Positions 35,841 to 48,600 of a stretch of 64,000 nt of DNA are shown piece after piece. The DNA lies in the NCBI GenBank assembly GCA_950097015.1, contig CATNEN010000038.1, forward strand, positions 11,284,001 through 11,348,000, read 5' to 3'. Each line of letters starts with the position of its first letter. Position 1 is the first letter of the stretch. The stretch is from Macrostomum hystrix (taxonomy: Eukaryota > Animalia > Platyhelminthes). The notes beneath the pieces were generated by a model that worked only from the letters and a program-made list of their open reading frames with translations, had not been told where the DNA came from and did not search any database. Both the position numbers and the translations under genes were made by a program.

Positions 35841-36280
35841 CGAAGAGAGGGTCTGTGGAGAAAAGGGGTTAAGGAGAATTTGGGAGAAAATTTCGAAACA
35901 CAAAAGACAAACCGGGGCAAACAGGAAAACAAGGTATACAGCAAGAACTACAGTAGAGCAAAGGTGAGACATGAGCAAGTCAGGACAGCAGGTCAGTCAT
36001 CAACAGCTCATAGACCACTACAGGCTGAAAATTTGATTGCTGAATAAGCAAATACAGCAGCAAGTGTGACAAGCTATTAAAAAGTTTTAAAGAAATATAA
36101 TACTGATAAAACTAAAGAAAGCCAGCCAATTACAAATAAATTCTTGAATAATTCGCTGCAGGAGCAGAATAAACAAAGCGGCGGCAGCAGCAGTTGCAGC
36201 AGGAAGGAAAATTGTCAGATTAAAAAACTATTTTTACCGGTCAAAAATCTGTTCCGCGGTGCTTGAGCAGAATTAACATC

Positions 36281-36344
36281 TCAAAGTCGGTGCTGATTGG
36301 AACCTGGCATACGACCGCGGCCCTGGCTGAGCGGCGGGGGCGGC

Positions 36345-36376
<32 letters not shown>

Positions 36377-39300
36377 AAGTTGAAGCTGAGTAACGGAACC
36401 CTGACTGGACCCGCTATCGCTAGAGATTCTATTGGGCTCCAAGCCGGAGCTGTCTGGCAGTACAACCATGCTGTTGACCTTCTGCTTGAGTTCTGAGTCG
36501 CTCAGGCGAATCTTTGTCAGATCCAGCAGGTTCATTGTGTTGCGAGCCCGGCTGCTGACGCAATAGGCTTCGATCACCTGTGTGGAGAAAAATGAATACA
36601 TTTTTTCTGAGGCGGTTCTGTCTGAAGGGGAGGTGGCCTTATATGAGGAAGCGGTGGTTTCATCTAAGGAAGGGGTGGTTCCATCTGAGGAAGCGGTGGT
36701 TCCATCTGAGGAAGCGGTGGTTCCATCTGAGGAAGGGGTGGTTCCATCTGAGGAAGCGGTGGTTCCATCTGAGGAAGCGGTGGTTCCATCTGAGGAAGCG
36801 GTGGTTCCATCTGAGGAAGGGGTGGTTCCATCTGAGGAAGAGGTAGTTCCATCTCAGGAAGCGGTGGTGTCATCTGAGGAAGAGGTGATTTCATCTGAGG
36901 AAGCGGTGGTTCCATCTGAGGAAGCAGTGGTTCCACCTGAGAAAGCGGTGGTTCCATCTGAGGAAGCGGTGGTTCTATCTGAGGAAGCGGTGGTTCCATC
37001 TGAGGAAGAGGTAGTTCCACCTTAGGAAGCGGTGGTTTCATCTGAGGAAGCGGTAGTTCCACCTTAGGAAGCGGTGGTTCTATCTGAGGAAGCGGTGGTT
37101 CCATCTGAGGAAGAGGTAGTTCCACCTTAGGAAGCGGTGGTTTCATCTGAGGAAGCGGTGGTTTCATCTAAGGAAGCGGTGGTTTCATCTGAGGAAGCGG
37201 TGGTTTCATCTGAGGAAGAGGTAGTTCTCTCTATCTGAGGAAGCTGTAGTTCCATCTGAGGAAGCGGTGGTTGAGGTATTAGCGACCCACCTGCAGAATC
37301 AGCATGTCGTCTTCGAGAGCCTCCTTATTGGCCTGAGCAGCAAGCAGGTGCTGCTGAATCTGTTGGTGCTCGAGGTTGGCAAGACGCGCAGATTCCTTGC
37401 GAGACAACTTGCGAGAGGACCTGAGTGTGGGTGAATGATGTAAGGCAGTTAGTCTAGTGAATTGTGAGTGTCTAAAAGGGACTGGGGCAGTGTCTGGCTA
37501 AGGGACTGGGGGAGTGACTGGCTAAGGGACTGGGGGAGTGACTGGCTAAGGGACTGGGGCAGTGTCTGGCTAAGGGACTGGGGGAGTGACTGGCTAAGGG
37601 ACTGGGGGAGTGACTGGCTAAGGGACTGGGGCAGTGTCTGGCTAAGGGACTGGGGCAGTGTCTGGCTAAGGGACTGGGGGAGTGACTGGCTAAGGGACTG
37701 GGGCAGTGTCTGGCTAAGGGACTGGGGGAGTGACTGGTTAAGGGACTGGGGCAGTGTCTGGCTAAGGGACTGGGGGAGTGACTGGCTAAGGGACTGGGGG
37801 AGTGACTGGCTAAGGGACTGGGGCAGTGTCTGGCTAAGGGACTGGGGGAGTGACTGGCTAAGGGACTGGGGGGAGTGACTGGCTAAGGGACTGGGGGAGT
37901 GACTGGCTAAGGGACTGGGGGGAGTGACTGGCTAAGGGACTGGGGCAGTGTCTGGCTAAGGGACTGGGGGAGTGACTGGCTAAGGGACTGGGCCAGTGTC
38001 TGGCTAAGGGACTGGGGGAGTGACTGGCTAAGGGACTGGGGCAGTGTCTGGCTAAGGGACTGGGGGAGTGACTGGCTAAGGGACTGGGGGAGTGACTGGC
38101 TAAGGGACTGGGGCAGTGTCTGGCTAAGGGACTGGGGGAGTGACTGGCTAAGGGACTGGGCCAGTGTCTGGCTAAGGGACTGGGGGAGTGACTGGCTAAG
38201 GGACTGGGGCAGTGTCTGGCTAAGGGACTGGGGGAGTGACTGGTTAAGGGACTGGGGCAGTGTCTGGCTAAGGGACTGGGGGAGTGACTGGCTAAGGGAC
38301 TGGGGGAGTGACTGGCTAAGGGACTGGGGCAGTGTCTGGCTAAGGGACTGGGGGAGTGACTGGCTAAGGGACTGGGCCAGTGTCTGGCTAAGGGACTGGG
38401 GGAGTGACTGGCTAAGGGACTGGGGGAGTGACTGGCTAAGGGACTGGGGCAGTGTCTGGCTAAGGGACTGGGGGAGTGACTGGCTAAGGGACTGGGGGAG
38501 TGACTGGCTAAGGGACTGGGGCAGTGTCTGGTATGCCAAAATTTAAATCGAGCAGAAAATAATATATTTAATTGCTCTTGCTATTGATTTCACATTGAGT
38601 GAGGCAATTAAATTGCATGGCATATTATTGAAGTGTGTAGTAGTTTTTCACAGTTATTTTAAATACTTTATCTATTTATTAATTTCCAAATCTTAGATGT
38701 GATGCTACATTAATTTTCTTTGAATCAAGAGTACTGAGCTAAAAAATAGTTCGTTTATAATTATGCATTGCTTTTTTCGAGTTTGATAACAAAGCAAAGT
38801 GCCAAACCAACCATCCTCTGAGCTTTCTGAAATTAAAATTTATTGAAAAACGAGAACCAATAGGTTAAAAATTTAACTAATCGCCATGAAAATTCGGAAC
38901 AAAGGCTGAACGTTTCCGCCCTACCCAATCCGATGAAACAACTTCCAGAATCACAAGGCATCGGCATCGTCGAGATATTCAACGATTCTCGTCGGGCCTC
39001 TCGCACCAAGGTCCCTAAGCTCGATTCCGCGGCGAGGCCACATTAAATTGGGGCGCAGCCGCGGAGAGAAGGCTTGGTGGCTTGTCGTGCAATTTACGCC
39101 ATTGAGGGCCAACCTCCAAGGCACAGTGAGAGTGTACAGACTGTACACTGCCAGACGATGAGCAAGTCAGGGCAGATGTACACACCTGTGTCTGTGCGTG
39201 TGCGCCCAGGAGTCAGTGAAATGGACAGAATTGCCTCCTCGCTGGCTGCGGGTCGTGTCACTAAGTGATTTATTATGCCATATCGGGCATTATTACTAAC

Positions 39301-42300
39301 TATTTTGTCGGGGCAGATAAGTGTCAGCTCACACTTGTGCTCAGGAGTCAGCGGAATGAACAGAATTGCCTCCTCGCTGGCTGCGGGTCTAGTGTCACCA
39401 GATGACAGCAATCTCACCTGGGCGATTCTCTAGCAGCGGCGGCAAATCTTGGCGTCACGGGCGGAGCCGGTCGAAGCTGCAGGCCGCCACCGCCTCCACC
39501 GCCGGCTCTGTAGGGCGACGGTGTGACAGCCGCGCCGTGCTGCTGATGCTGCCGACCGGCGCTGCCGACCACCTGGCCTCGGCCGGCCGTCTTCGAAGAG
39601 TCGGCTGCGCTGCTGCGGCTTCGCTCCAGACTGTGGGAGCCGCCAGCGCCACGCGGCAAGCTGAACGACTGATAGGAAATCACTCCGCTGCCGCCGCTGC
39701 TGCCGTTGCCGCTGGCGCGACTTCTGGAGGCTGAGTCGGCAACGTCAATGCCTGGCAGGCTCTGGCAGCTCTGAATGGTGCTGAGCCATTTCTCTAGCCA
39801 GGCCTTGGACGGGCAGACAAACACCTGCCGGTCTGAGCTGTCGTACACCTGAGGAGGTCGGGTTGGAGGAGAATAAGAGAGGACTCGATCTAAGAGGATG
39901 GCTGATTGATCTGAGGGGATGTCTGATTGATCTGAGGGGATGGCTCATTGACCTGAGGGGATGGCTGATTGGTCTGAGGGGATGTCTGATTGATCTGAGG
40001 GGATGGCTGATTGGTCTGAGGGGATGGCTGATTGACCTGAGGGGATGGCTGATTGGTCTGAGGGGATGGCTGATTGGTCTGAGGGGATGGCTGATTGGTC
40101 TGAGGGGATGGCTGATTGGTCTGAGGGGATGGCTGATTGGTCTGAGGGGATGGCTGATTGACCTGAGGGGATGGCTGATTGGTCTGAGGGGATGGCTGAT
40201 TGGTCTGAGGGGATGGCTGATTGGTCTGAGGGGATGGCTGATTGGTCTGAGGGGATGGCTGATTGGTCTGAGGGGATGGCTGATTGACCTGAGGGGATGG
40301 CTGATTGGTCTGAGGGGATGGCTGATTGGTCTGAGGGGATGGCTGATTGGTCTGAGGGGATGGCTGATTGGTCTGAGGGGATGGCTGATTGATCTGAAGG
40401 GATAACTGATCAACCTGAGGGGATGGCTGAATTTGATTGTTCTGAGAGGGCACTCACCGGATCCTCGTCGCCAGCAGACACCAGCTGGAAGGCGTTGTCG
40501 ATAGCGTCAACCCTGGCGACGCCGATGCCGGACAGCTGGTAGCGGGTGTCGAAGGCGCAGGATCGCAGATCGCCGCCATTTCCAACTGCCAGCACAATGA
40601 GATGCTTTGAGAACAGCAGCAGTAGGCGATCCTCGAAGGTGCCCTCAGGTGTGAGTCGCCTAGCAACTCCGGTCACTAGCGGCTGGCCCAGTGCGCTGGG
40701 CGGCGGCAGGTCCGAGGGCCAGTTGGCAGGCTGGCGGCCGCGCACTAGAAGCTCGGCTTCGGCCTCCTTTAGTCGGCGAGCTTCGGCGCAGTCTCGAGAC
40801 AGTTCGGCCAGGGCGGCGGCTGCAGCGCTAGTGGACTCCCTGCGAGAGAAAATCAACATTTTAGTCTGGACGTACATTAAACGTTGGTACTCCGAGATTA
40901 AACTTTCGAAATCATTTGACAGCTGGGAGTGAATCAATTGACAGCTGGGAGTGAATCAACTGACAGGTGCAGTGAATCAACTGACAGGTGCAGTGAATCA
41001 ACTGACAGGTGCAGTGAATCAACTGACAGATGCAGTGAATCAACTGACAGGTGCAGTGAATCAACTGACAGGTACAGTGAATCAACTGACAGGTGCAGTG
41101 AATCATTTGACGGGTGCAGTGAATCATTTGACAGTTAGGAGGGAATCAATTGACAGCTGGGAGTGAATCAATTGACAGTTTGGAGTTAATCAACTGACAG
41201 GTGCAGTGAATCAACTGACAGGTGCAGTGAATCAACTGACAGGTGCAGTGAATCATTTGACAGTTGGGAGTGAATCATTTGACAGCTGGGAGTGAATCAA
41301 CTGACAGGTGCAGTGAATCATTTGACAGTTGGGAGTGAATCATTTGACAGCTGGGAGTGAATCATTTGACAGCTGGGAGTGAATCAACTGACAGGTGCAG
41401 TGAATCATTTAAAATTGAGAGTGAATGCATTGAATGAATTCTAGAAAACAATACAATGGTTGTCACCTGTCTGGGTGACCCTCGTCCAGGTACTTGTACA
41501 GCTCGGCTAGCAGAGGCTGGTATCGCTCCAGTGTGTGCAAAGGCCCGGCCAGGTAGGAGCGCAGACTAGCCAGAGTGAATGTGAATGAGCAGGTGTGAAA
41601 CAAGTGATTTAGGCTGGACTGTTCCAAACTGGCGCTGACCAATGGCAGCAGGCGGTGGTAGGCCAGGTAGTGCTGGCGCACGGAGCCGCAGGCGGCAAGA
41701 AGCTCGCGGCCCGCCATGCGTCTGGCGATTTTAGTGCGGCCGGCGGAGTCGAAGGCGCCAGCCAGACCGTGATGAATGGTGTGCATCGCCTGCGGGTGGG
41801 TTAAATTATAATGCCTATTTGTGTTACTTACAAGCAGGAGACAGGACAGACAGCTATGCAAACAAGTGGACAGACAGCTAGACAGACAGCGGACAGGTAT
41901 GTAGACAGACAGGTGGACTGACACTGTAACAGACCTGCACGCACTCCCGCAGTCGCCTGAAGGGCTCAGCCAGCCGGGCCAGCAGTTTGTCGATGAGTTC
42001 CTGCAGGCAGGCGGACAGGCAGTAGAGCTCAGCGCAGTAGCGCCTCTCCTGCTCGGCCAGGTTCTGCGTCACAACAGCGTGGCACTCGACCGCCTGGCTG
42101 GCGGCGCGAGAGGTTCTGGAAGACTGCTGCTGCTGCTGCTGCTGCTGACTGGAGGGGTTGATTTCGCCGATATTACTGTTGATGTTGTTGCGTGTTGAGA
42201 ATGTGATAGCGAGTGACAAATAAATAGTTATATTTAGAATTTAGAAAATATAAAAAATATAATTTAGAGCGCCAGATGAACAGGTGTGGGTGCCAGATGA

Positions 42301-43118
42301 ACAGGTGTGGGTGCCAGATGAACAGGTGTGGGTGCCAGATGAACAGGTGTGGGTGCCAGATAAACAGGTCTGAGCGCCAGATGAACAGGTCTGAGCGCCA
42401 GATGAACAGGTCTGAGCGCCAGATGAACAGGTCTGAGCGCCAGATGAACAGGTCTGAGCGCCAGATGAACAGGTCTGAGCGCCAGATGAACAGGTCTGAG
42501 CGCCAGATGAACAGGTCTGAGCGCCAGATGAACAGGTCTGAGCGCCAGATGAACTGGTGAGTGCCAGATAGACAGGTCAGTAAGAGTGCCAGATGAACAG
42601 GTGAGTGCCAGATAGACAGGTCAGTAAGAGTGCCAGATGAACAGGTGAGTGCCAGATAGACAGGTCAGTAAGAGTGCCAGATGAACAGGTGAGTGCCAGA
42701 TAGACAGGTGGTTAAAAGGGCCAGATGAACAGAAGTGAGTGCCAGAAAAACTGGTGAATTCCAGATGAACAGGTGTGAGTGCCAGATGAACAGCTGTGAG
42801 TGCCAGAAAAACTGGTGAATGCCAGTTGAACAGGTGTGAGTCAGTTAAACCAAGTAAACTGGTGTTGTACGTACCCGCTTCTGCCGTTCTCGTCATCAAG
42901 CATGAGCGGAGCGGGCGGCTGCGGTGGCTGTCCACCGGTTAGCGCGGAGTCCATGCGAGTCACATAGTTGGAGGGGAACCAGCCAGTGTGATTGCCGCAG
43001 CTGCCCTGCCACCAACCGCCGTCCATCACACAGCTAACGGTGATGACATCGCCGCCTCTGAATGACAATTCGTCTGTGTGAGTAGCAGTGAAGTCGAATA
43101 GGGCAGTGACTAGCAACG

Positions 43119-43155
<37 letters not shown>

Positions 43156-43182
43156 ATGGTAGTGACGAAGTTCAGATGCCAT
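36281..43182 (-). CDS. ARHGEF7: PIX-family Rho GEF (SH3-DH-PH-GIT-binding); exons 43182-42875, 42175-41935, 41789-41467, 40839-40458, 39848-39418, 37420-37291, 36577-36281
   Basis: SH3 VTALFDFTATHTDELSFRGGDVITV..DGGWWQG..GWFPSNYV; DH VTQNLAEQERRY, PLHTLERYQPLLAELYKYLDEGHPDR; PH DRLLLLFS; GBD EALEDDMLILQVIEAYC (beta-PIX ALEEDAQILKVIEAYC). Confidence 0.87.
36645..37272. repeat. Intronic minisatellite, 21-bp unit (gaggaagcggtggttccatct)
   Basis: About 29 units. Confidence 0.95.
37478..38532. repeat. Intronic minisatellite, 24-bp unit (agggactgggggagtgactggcta / agggactggggcagtgtctggcta)
   Basis: About 44 units of two main variants. Confidence 0.95.
38995..39405 (+). mobile_element. SINE family 1 copy (38995-39265) plus a second 3' fragment (39338-39405)
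   Basis: Near-complete body; ggagtcag..agaattgcctcctcgctggctgcgggtc occurs twice. Confidence 0.85.
39888..40430. repeat. Intronic minisatellite, 21-bp unit (ctgaggggatggctgattggt)
   Basis: About 25 units. Confidence 0.95.
40908..41410. repeat. Intronic minisatellite, 21-bp unit (gtgaatcaactgacaggtgca)
   Basis: About 24 units. Confidence 0.93.
42268..42842. repeat. Intronic minisatellite, ~21-bp unit (gccagatgaacaggtctgagc)
   Basis: About 27 units, decaying toward the right. Confidence 0.93.
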
Positions 43183-44368
43183 TAAAATATGACAAATCTA
43201 GCACTGCTAGTCCTCTTTGCCGTGAAGATCTGTGTCTAAATTAATTGTGGGCACTGAATTGACACAGTGCCCAGGCTGCAAATTAAAATTGAAAATAGTT
43301 TTTGAACAGCCTGCTTTGGTATGACGTTATATGCATGCATAAAAATGTACACATATAAACCTTCAGAAATAAAAAGAACTATGAGTACACAACAGTGCAA
43401 GAGGCAGTTCTGCCTATTAAACTGACTCAGGTACCAAAAACAGATTCACAAGCCAGCAATATCTGAATATATGTATCAATGCAGTGGCAAATCAACCAGA
43501 TGTGTCACATTGCTATGTGTTATGCATTATTTTAACATCTGATTTTGAATGCTGAACTTTGGCTACCGTTTTTTGTGATATTAAATTTGAACATGAAGAA
43601 ATAGATTGTTAAAAGTTAATGTAAATTTATGCAAACAAATTCAATCATTATGACAAAATTAGTTTATGAATTTATGCCACAGAAATAAACATATATATAA
43701 TAGTCTTACTGAAATAAGTTCTTTTGCTAGTACTAACGATATAATTGTTTTTTTTGGATTTTTTCATGTAATAACATGTGATTTTCACCTGTTAACCTAC
43801 CCCATCCACGTGTGCAGTGCACCCCATCAATTGCCAATTACAAGTTTTGTTTGGTTGGGCAAGTAGTAGTGAGTGGCAAACTGGGTTGTATTTTTAGCAT
43901 TACACTAACAAAATTTAATCATATACTAACCATAACTTACATGAAAGGTTTAATAAAACATGCAAGAGCTATAAAAAATGTTTTAAAATAAACTTTAAAA
44001 TAAACACTTAAAAAATTTCAACTTGCAAATATTTTTTTAAATTGAAATTTGAGCAAAAAAATCTAAATTTTGGGAAATTGAAATTGAAATTGAAATTTTG
44101 GACCATCTCTATAGGAACCAGCCAACCTAGTGTGATAAACTCTATTTTTTATCATAGACTTCAAATAGCGGGTACAGATCAAATTGACATATTCTAAAAC
44201 GTCATGTAATGATGATAATTTGCATAAAAGTATCACAATATTCAATTTAATATGATGATCTTGACTATTTGTTCATTGCTCATTTTCATTATGAATGCAA
44301 TTTGATGATGCATAATTTGAACAATTAATTGATTTAAAGGCAGTTAAAAGTAAATGCAGATAAAAAAA

Positions 44369-44853
44369 GGTCCCAGGTCATTTTGGTGACAAGACATTTC
44401 GGTGACAGTCATTTCAGTGACAGAATTGGTCAGTTCGGTGACAACTATTTTTGCACCTAAATATGCTGAGAAAACAGCCTTCCACGATCCAGTAGCTGCT
44501 TAAAGCCTGCACTCACCTTGTCAATCCAAAACATGAAAAATGATTATTATACACATTTAATTAGGAACGAATAACTATTGAAACTATTGACTACTCATTA
44601 AATAATTTAATAATTTAACTCATTTAAAGTAAAACCCAGACTTAATCAGAGCGATGCAGCTTCTGATTAATACTTATAGCATTATTTAATTAATACTTTA
44701 AATGTGTGCATAGTTAAAATGGAAGGCAGTTTTTTAGCATATTTAGGTACAAAAATAGTTGTCACCAATCTGACCAATTGTCACTGCAATGCCTTGAGTT
44801 GTCACTGAAATGACTGTCACCGAAATGTCTTGTCACCGAAATGACCTGGGACC
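44369..44853. mobile_element. Non-autonomous DNA transposon (MITE) with ~115-bp imperfect TIRs
   Basis: ggtcccaggtcattttggtgacaagacatttcggtgacagtcatttcagtgaca... vs ...tgtcactgaaatgactgtcaccgaaatgtcttgtcaccgaaatgacctgggacc; flanks taaaaaaa / taaaaaag. Confidence 0.85.
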
Positions 44854-47111
44854 TAAAAAAGCATTGATAAAAGCATTAGGTAGGCACAACGAACAGACAA
44901 ATGCAATATGCAAAATATTGCAAATCATGACAATGCAATAGAAGGGCACTTTTGAGTTACATGTATATATCTACATGCTGAACAAAATTCAGTACACATG
45001 TTATGTAATGTGCAATGTACTTTAAGTGGCTCAGTCAACCAGTGGCTCAAATGACATTTTTTGTAGAGCCAAGTGAGACAAGGCCAAAAATGAAAAATGT
45101 ATGCTTTGCTTCGCTTAATGCTTTCAACAAAGCTGATTGTGGAGCCAATAAAATAACAATATGATGATTTTGTGAATGTCACATTGTCCAATGCAGACAA
45201 TATGACAATTTAGATAGGCCTAATGTTATTTTTTACAACCCGCATTATATGACAATTTAGAATATGATGATTTTGGCCAGAGCCCAAATAGCACATTGTG
45301 CTACAATTAGCCACTCCTACATCAAATAGCATTCAAACTTATGGAAACAAGTGGTCTAGTCTTGGACTATCAGACTTGGACAGTCCTAGCTATCTACAAA
45401 TTAGCTAGGTCTTTCTAGTCTATGGAAAGGCCATTGGAAGGAAAGGCTTATATAGCTAAGAGTTTTTATCTAGCCAACTAGCCTAGCCTAGCCTACACAG
45501 TCAACAACATGATTGGCCTAGAAACTAAATAGGCCCTAGGCCCAGTACAATATTTACTGGAAAGTTAAAAGATGCAAAAATTTAGTTAAGATCACAACAT
45601 AAACATACAAGACTAAAAAGAGGAAGCAATAGGCAAGGCAATAGTGAATAGCAAATTTTATTATAGCCAGGGCTAGGCTAAACAAAAAGTAATTAGGCCT
45701 AGCATACAGGAACAAAATAGAAGGCCAGTAAGAATAAAAAACAGATAGCTACTGTTATTATATTTTAGAACCTACACGACACGCAACATTTTATTTACAA
45801 ATGTGTTATAGTACGAGGATCGAAACTTGTTATTATAAACTGTGTTTTTACTTCAATTTGAACTTGTAGTCATCGTCTTTGTTCGAAGGATTTTTAAAAC
45901 ACCATTACGGTGTAAATTAGCAAATTTCTGTAGATTGTTATAATTGTTTTGTATCAAAAAGGCGATAAATAAAAATACGAAAGAATTAAGACAGTGTTAA
46001 AAACTGTGCACTTATTTAAAAAATCGTATTTCCGAGAAAGCGGTTTTCGCAAAGCTTATCGTATCGTATCCGCATTTGGATATAATGCTTATTTAAGTTT
46101 TAATGTTTACCATTTTAATTTCGAATTTGTTTAATTTAAAGCCCTTGTATCTCCTTCTTTTATTTCTGATGATGTTTCTTGTAGCTAGTAACTACCCGTC
46201 GTCTATTTGAACTTCTTATATAAGTAAATATAAGATCCAGCTAGGCTAAACTAGTCTTGTAGGCTCTACTTTCCTTCATTAAATTATTTTGACTAATAAA
46301 TTTTGTAATCACTTATCAGAAAATATTACTACGTCACATGGTTGACGGTTGTCAAAAAGTACTTTAGTACTTTTGTACTATGCTAGCCTTTTAGTTATGA
46401 TAGCTAAGTTCTAAGTTCTTTTTATGACAGGATGAGAACTAGTGTTTTCAATGTGTTAAGAATTTTTTAAAATTATTAAAAATTTATGTGTTGTTAATAT
46501 AGAGTAATTTTTCAGTTTATATTCTCAAACTCTGTCACAAAGTTAACTATGTAACCAAATTTATTTGTTGTCCACAGTACTTAGGGACTGACCATACCTA
46601 AAATTCAGGGGTTCAAGAACTTAGGCCTATTGGCACCATGTCCATATTGCCTGATCAGCTGATGCTACAGGCTACAATGTACAGTGTACAATGTATATGT
46701 ACTGCAATACATACATGTTCTACAATTAAAAAAATGCAAGTGTTTGATAAAAGGCATACTGCATTCATTGACCTGCAATGTAGCTAAAAAATTACAAAGC
46801 ATGCCATATTATCTAGCTATACCACCTTATGCCTTAGCTGTCAATCAATCACAAAATTTAATCATATTTAAGAGATGTATGCATTTCTGGGATCTGGGTA
46901 TATGATTTCATTGGCAGGGCTCCATATTTGCACAAACTGGTTATTAAAAAGTTTTTGATTCACTATACATAAAAATGAGAGATGAACACATAGGCTATAT
47001 TTTGTTAAAAAAGAAAGAAGTACAAAATTTCTGATGATTTTTAGATAGCAAGCATCGTGTGGATTGTCTAATTTTCACCAGTAGACTAAGAAAATAAATT
47101 TTGACTAAAAA

Positions 47112-47976
47112 ATGGAAACAACCAAGTATGAAGCCAAGACCACCACAAGTGTCTCTGAAGGCCCAGGTGTTGGATTCGACATCACTTACCTGACATCTAT
47201 AATTGGCATTCTCAATGCCATCATAGTTGTTGGTGCATTCTGCATGGGGGTCTCCTGCGCTGTGCCAACCCTGCTTTGGGGTTTCACCTCGCCTGCTGCT
47301 TATTCTGGCTTTGTGGCCTGGGAGATTCTTGTAATCTTCACCGTCATCTACCTGATTTACTTGCTGAGAATTCTGCCAAAACTGCCTGGTCCTATTGGTC
47401 TTGTGGTCTGTTTATTTTTATTTCTTATTTTTTTAAATTCATTTGAAATTGTATCATCTCCAGCACAGTGTCTGCCCTTTTCATTGTAGATCCTAATCTA
47501 TATGCTGATCAATGTTATCTTCCTGTTTGTTAGCATCATACTGTGTGGCATCAACATTGAGTACTTTGGTGCTCCTGCTGCCTCAGCCATGGTGAGTTCA
47601 CTTTCTGAGTCGAATAATAATAATAGCACCTGTTTTTAGCCATAAATCATTGTCGATTATCCACTAAATCCTTCATATCAGTAGCTTGGTATTGTAAATC
47701 CTTCAGTTCATTAGCCATTGGCTTCTAACAGACTATAAAGCATTTCTAACATTTAGATTTTATAGGAATGACAGAATGTGTACTATACTGATATCATGAT
47801 TGCCCCAGGTGTTCGCCCTGATTGTGATTGGCTGCCACTTTGCTGTTGGATTTCTGCTATTTCAAAAGTGGCGCGTCTCCGGCCACTATTTTCACAAGGG
47901 CGAATGCGGCCACACGTTTAGCAGCACGAGCGCCACCACAGCCGCGACCGCTTCAACCGAGCCTGGTCGCTATTGA
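47112..47976 (+). CDS. MARVEL-domain four-TM protein (CMTM/plasmolipin-like); exons 47112-47405, 47490-47592, 47809-47976
   Basis: FDITYLTSIIGILNAIIVV start of MARVEL helix 1, four hydrophobic segments, AASAMVFALI in the last helix; phases consistent. Confidence 0.78.
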
Positions 47977-48170
47977 TCATTTTAAGGAAGTCTATATATT
48001 TTGAGTAGACTAACTATTTGGCGCTTTGCTGAGATTGCTAACTTAATCTATGCGTCTTTTCTCCGGGGCCTTTGACACTTCGTTCATTTTGACTTGATTT
48101 CTTTATTTAGTTTTTTTATGTACCTTTTAATTTCTCAATTGTAAGTTATTGCAATCATGTTGGTTTAGGT

Positions 48171-48600
48171 CAGGGGTCGGCAAACTTATTAGCGTGCGGG
48201 CCACAGAGAGAACCTAAAAGACGACAGTGGGCCGCATTAACTGTTCGAATATGAGAAAGGGGACCGAGATTGATTAGACAGGGGAGAGATGAGACAGAGA
48301 AGAGATGAGACAGGGAAGAGATGAGGCACAGGAGAGACGAGACACGGGATAGACGAAACAGGGCAGGGATGAGACAGAGAAGAGATGAGACAGGGAAGAG
48401 ATGAGGCAGAGAAGAGTGACCCAGGGAGACATGAGACAGGAGAGATAAGACACATTACAGATGAGACCGAGGAGAGTATGAGACTCTCCATCTCCAGATC
48501 AGAGAGAGATGAAACAGGATACTGTATGTGCTGGAAGTGGCCGGATTTGAGAGCTTCGAGGGCTGGATCTGGCCCGCGGGCCGGAGTTTGCCGACCCCTG
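48171..48600. mobile_element. Non-autonomous hAT-type element with perfect 8-bp TSD
   Basis: TIR CAGGGGTCGGCAAACT / AGTTTGCCGACCCCTG, subterminal gcgggcc motifs, TSD GTTTAGGT (48163-48170, 48601-48608). Confidence 0.93.

Noticed and set aside
35180-42560. Repetitive ORFs (EEAVVPS, RDWGSDWL, PISHPLR, QMNRSER and others); likewise those at 50462-51035 and 58847-63736
   Set aside because: Open frames produced by tandem repeats, not genes
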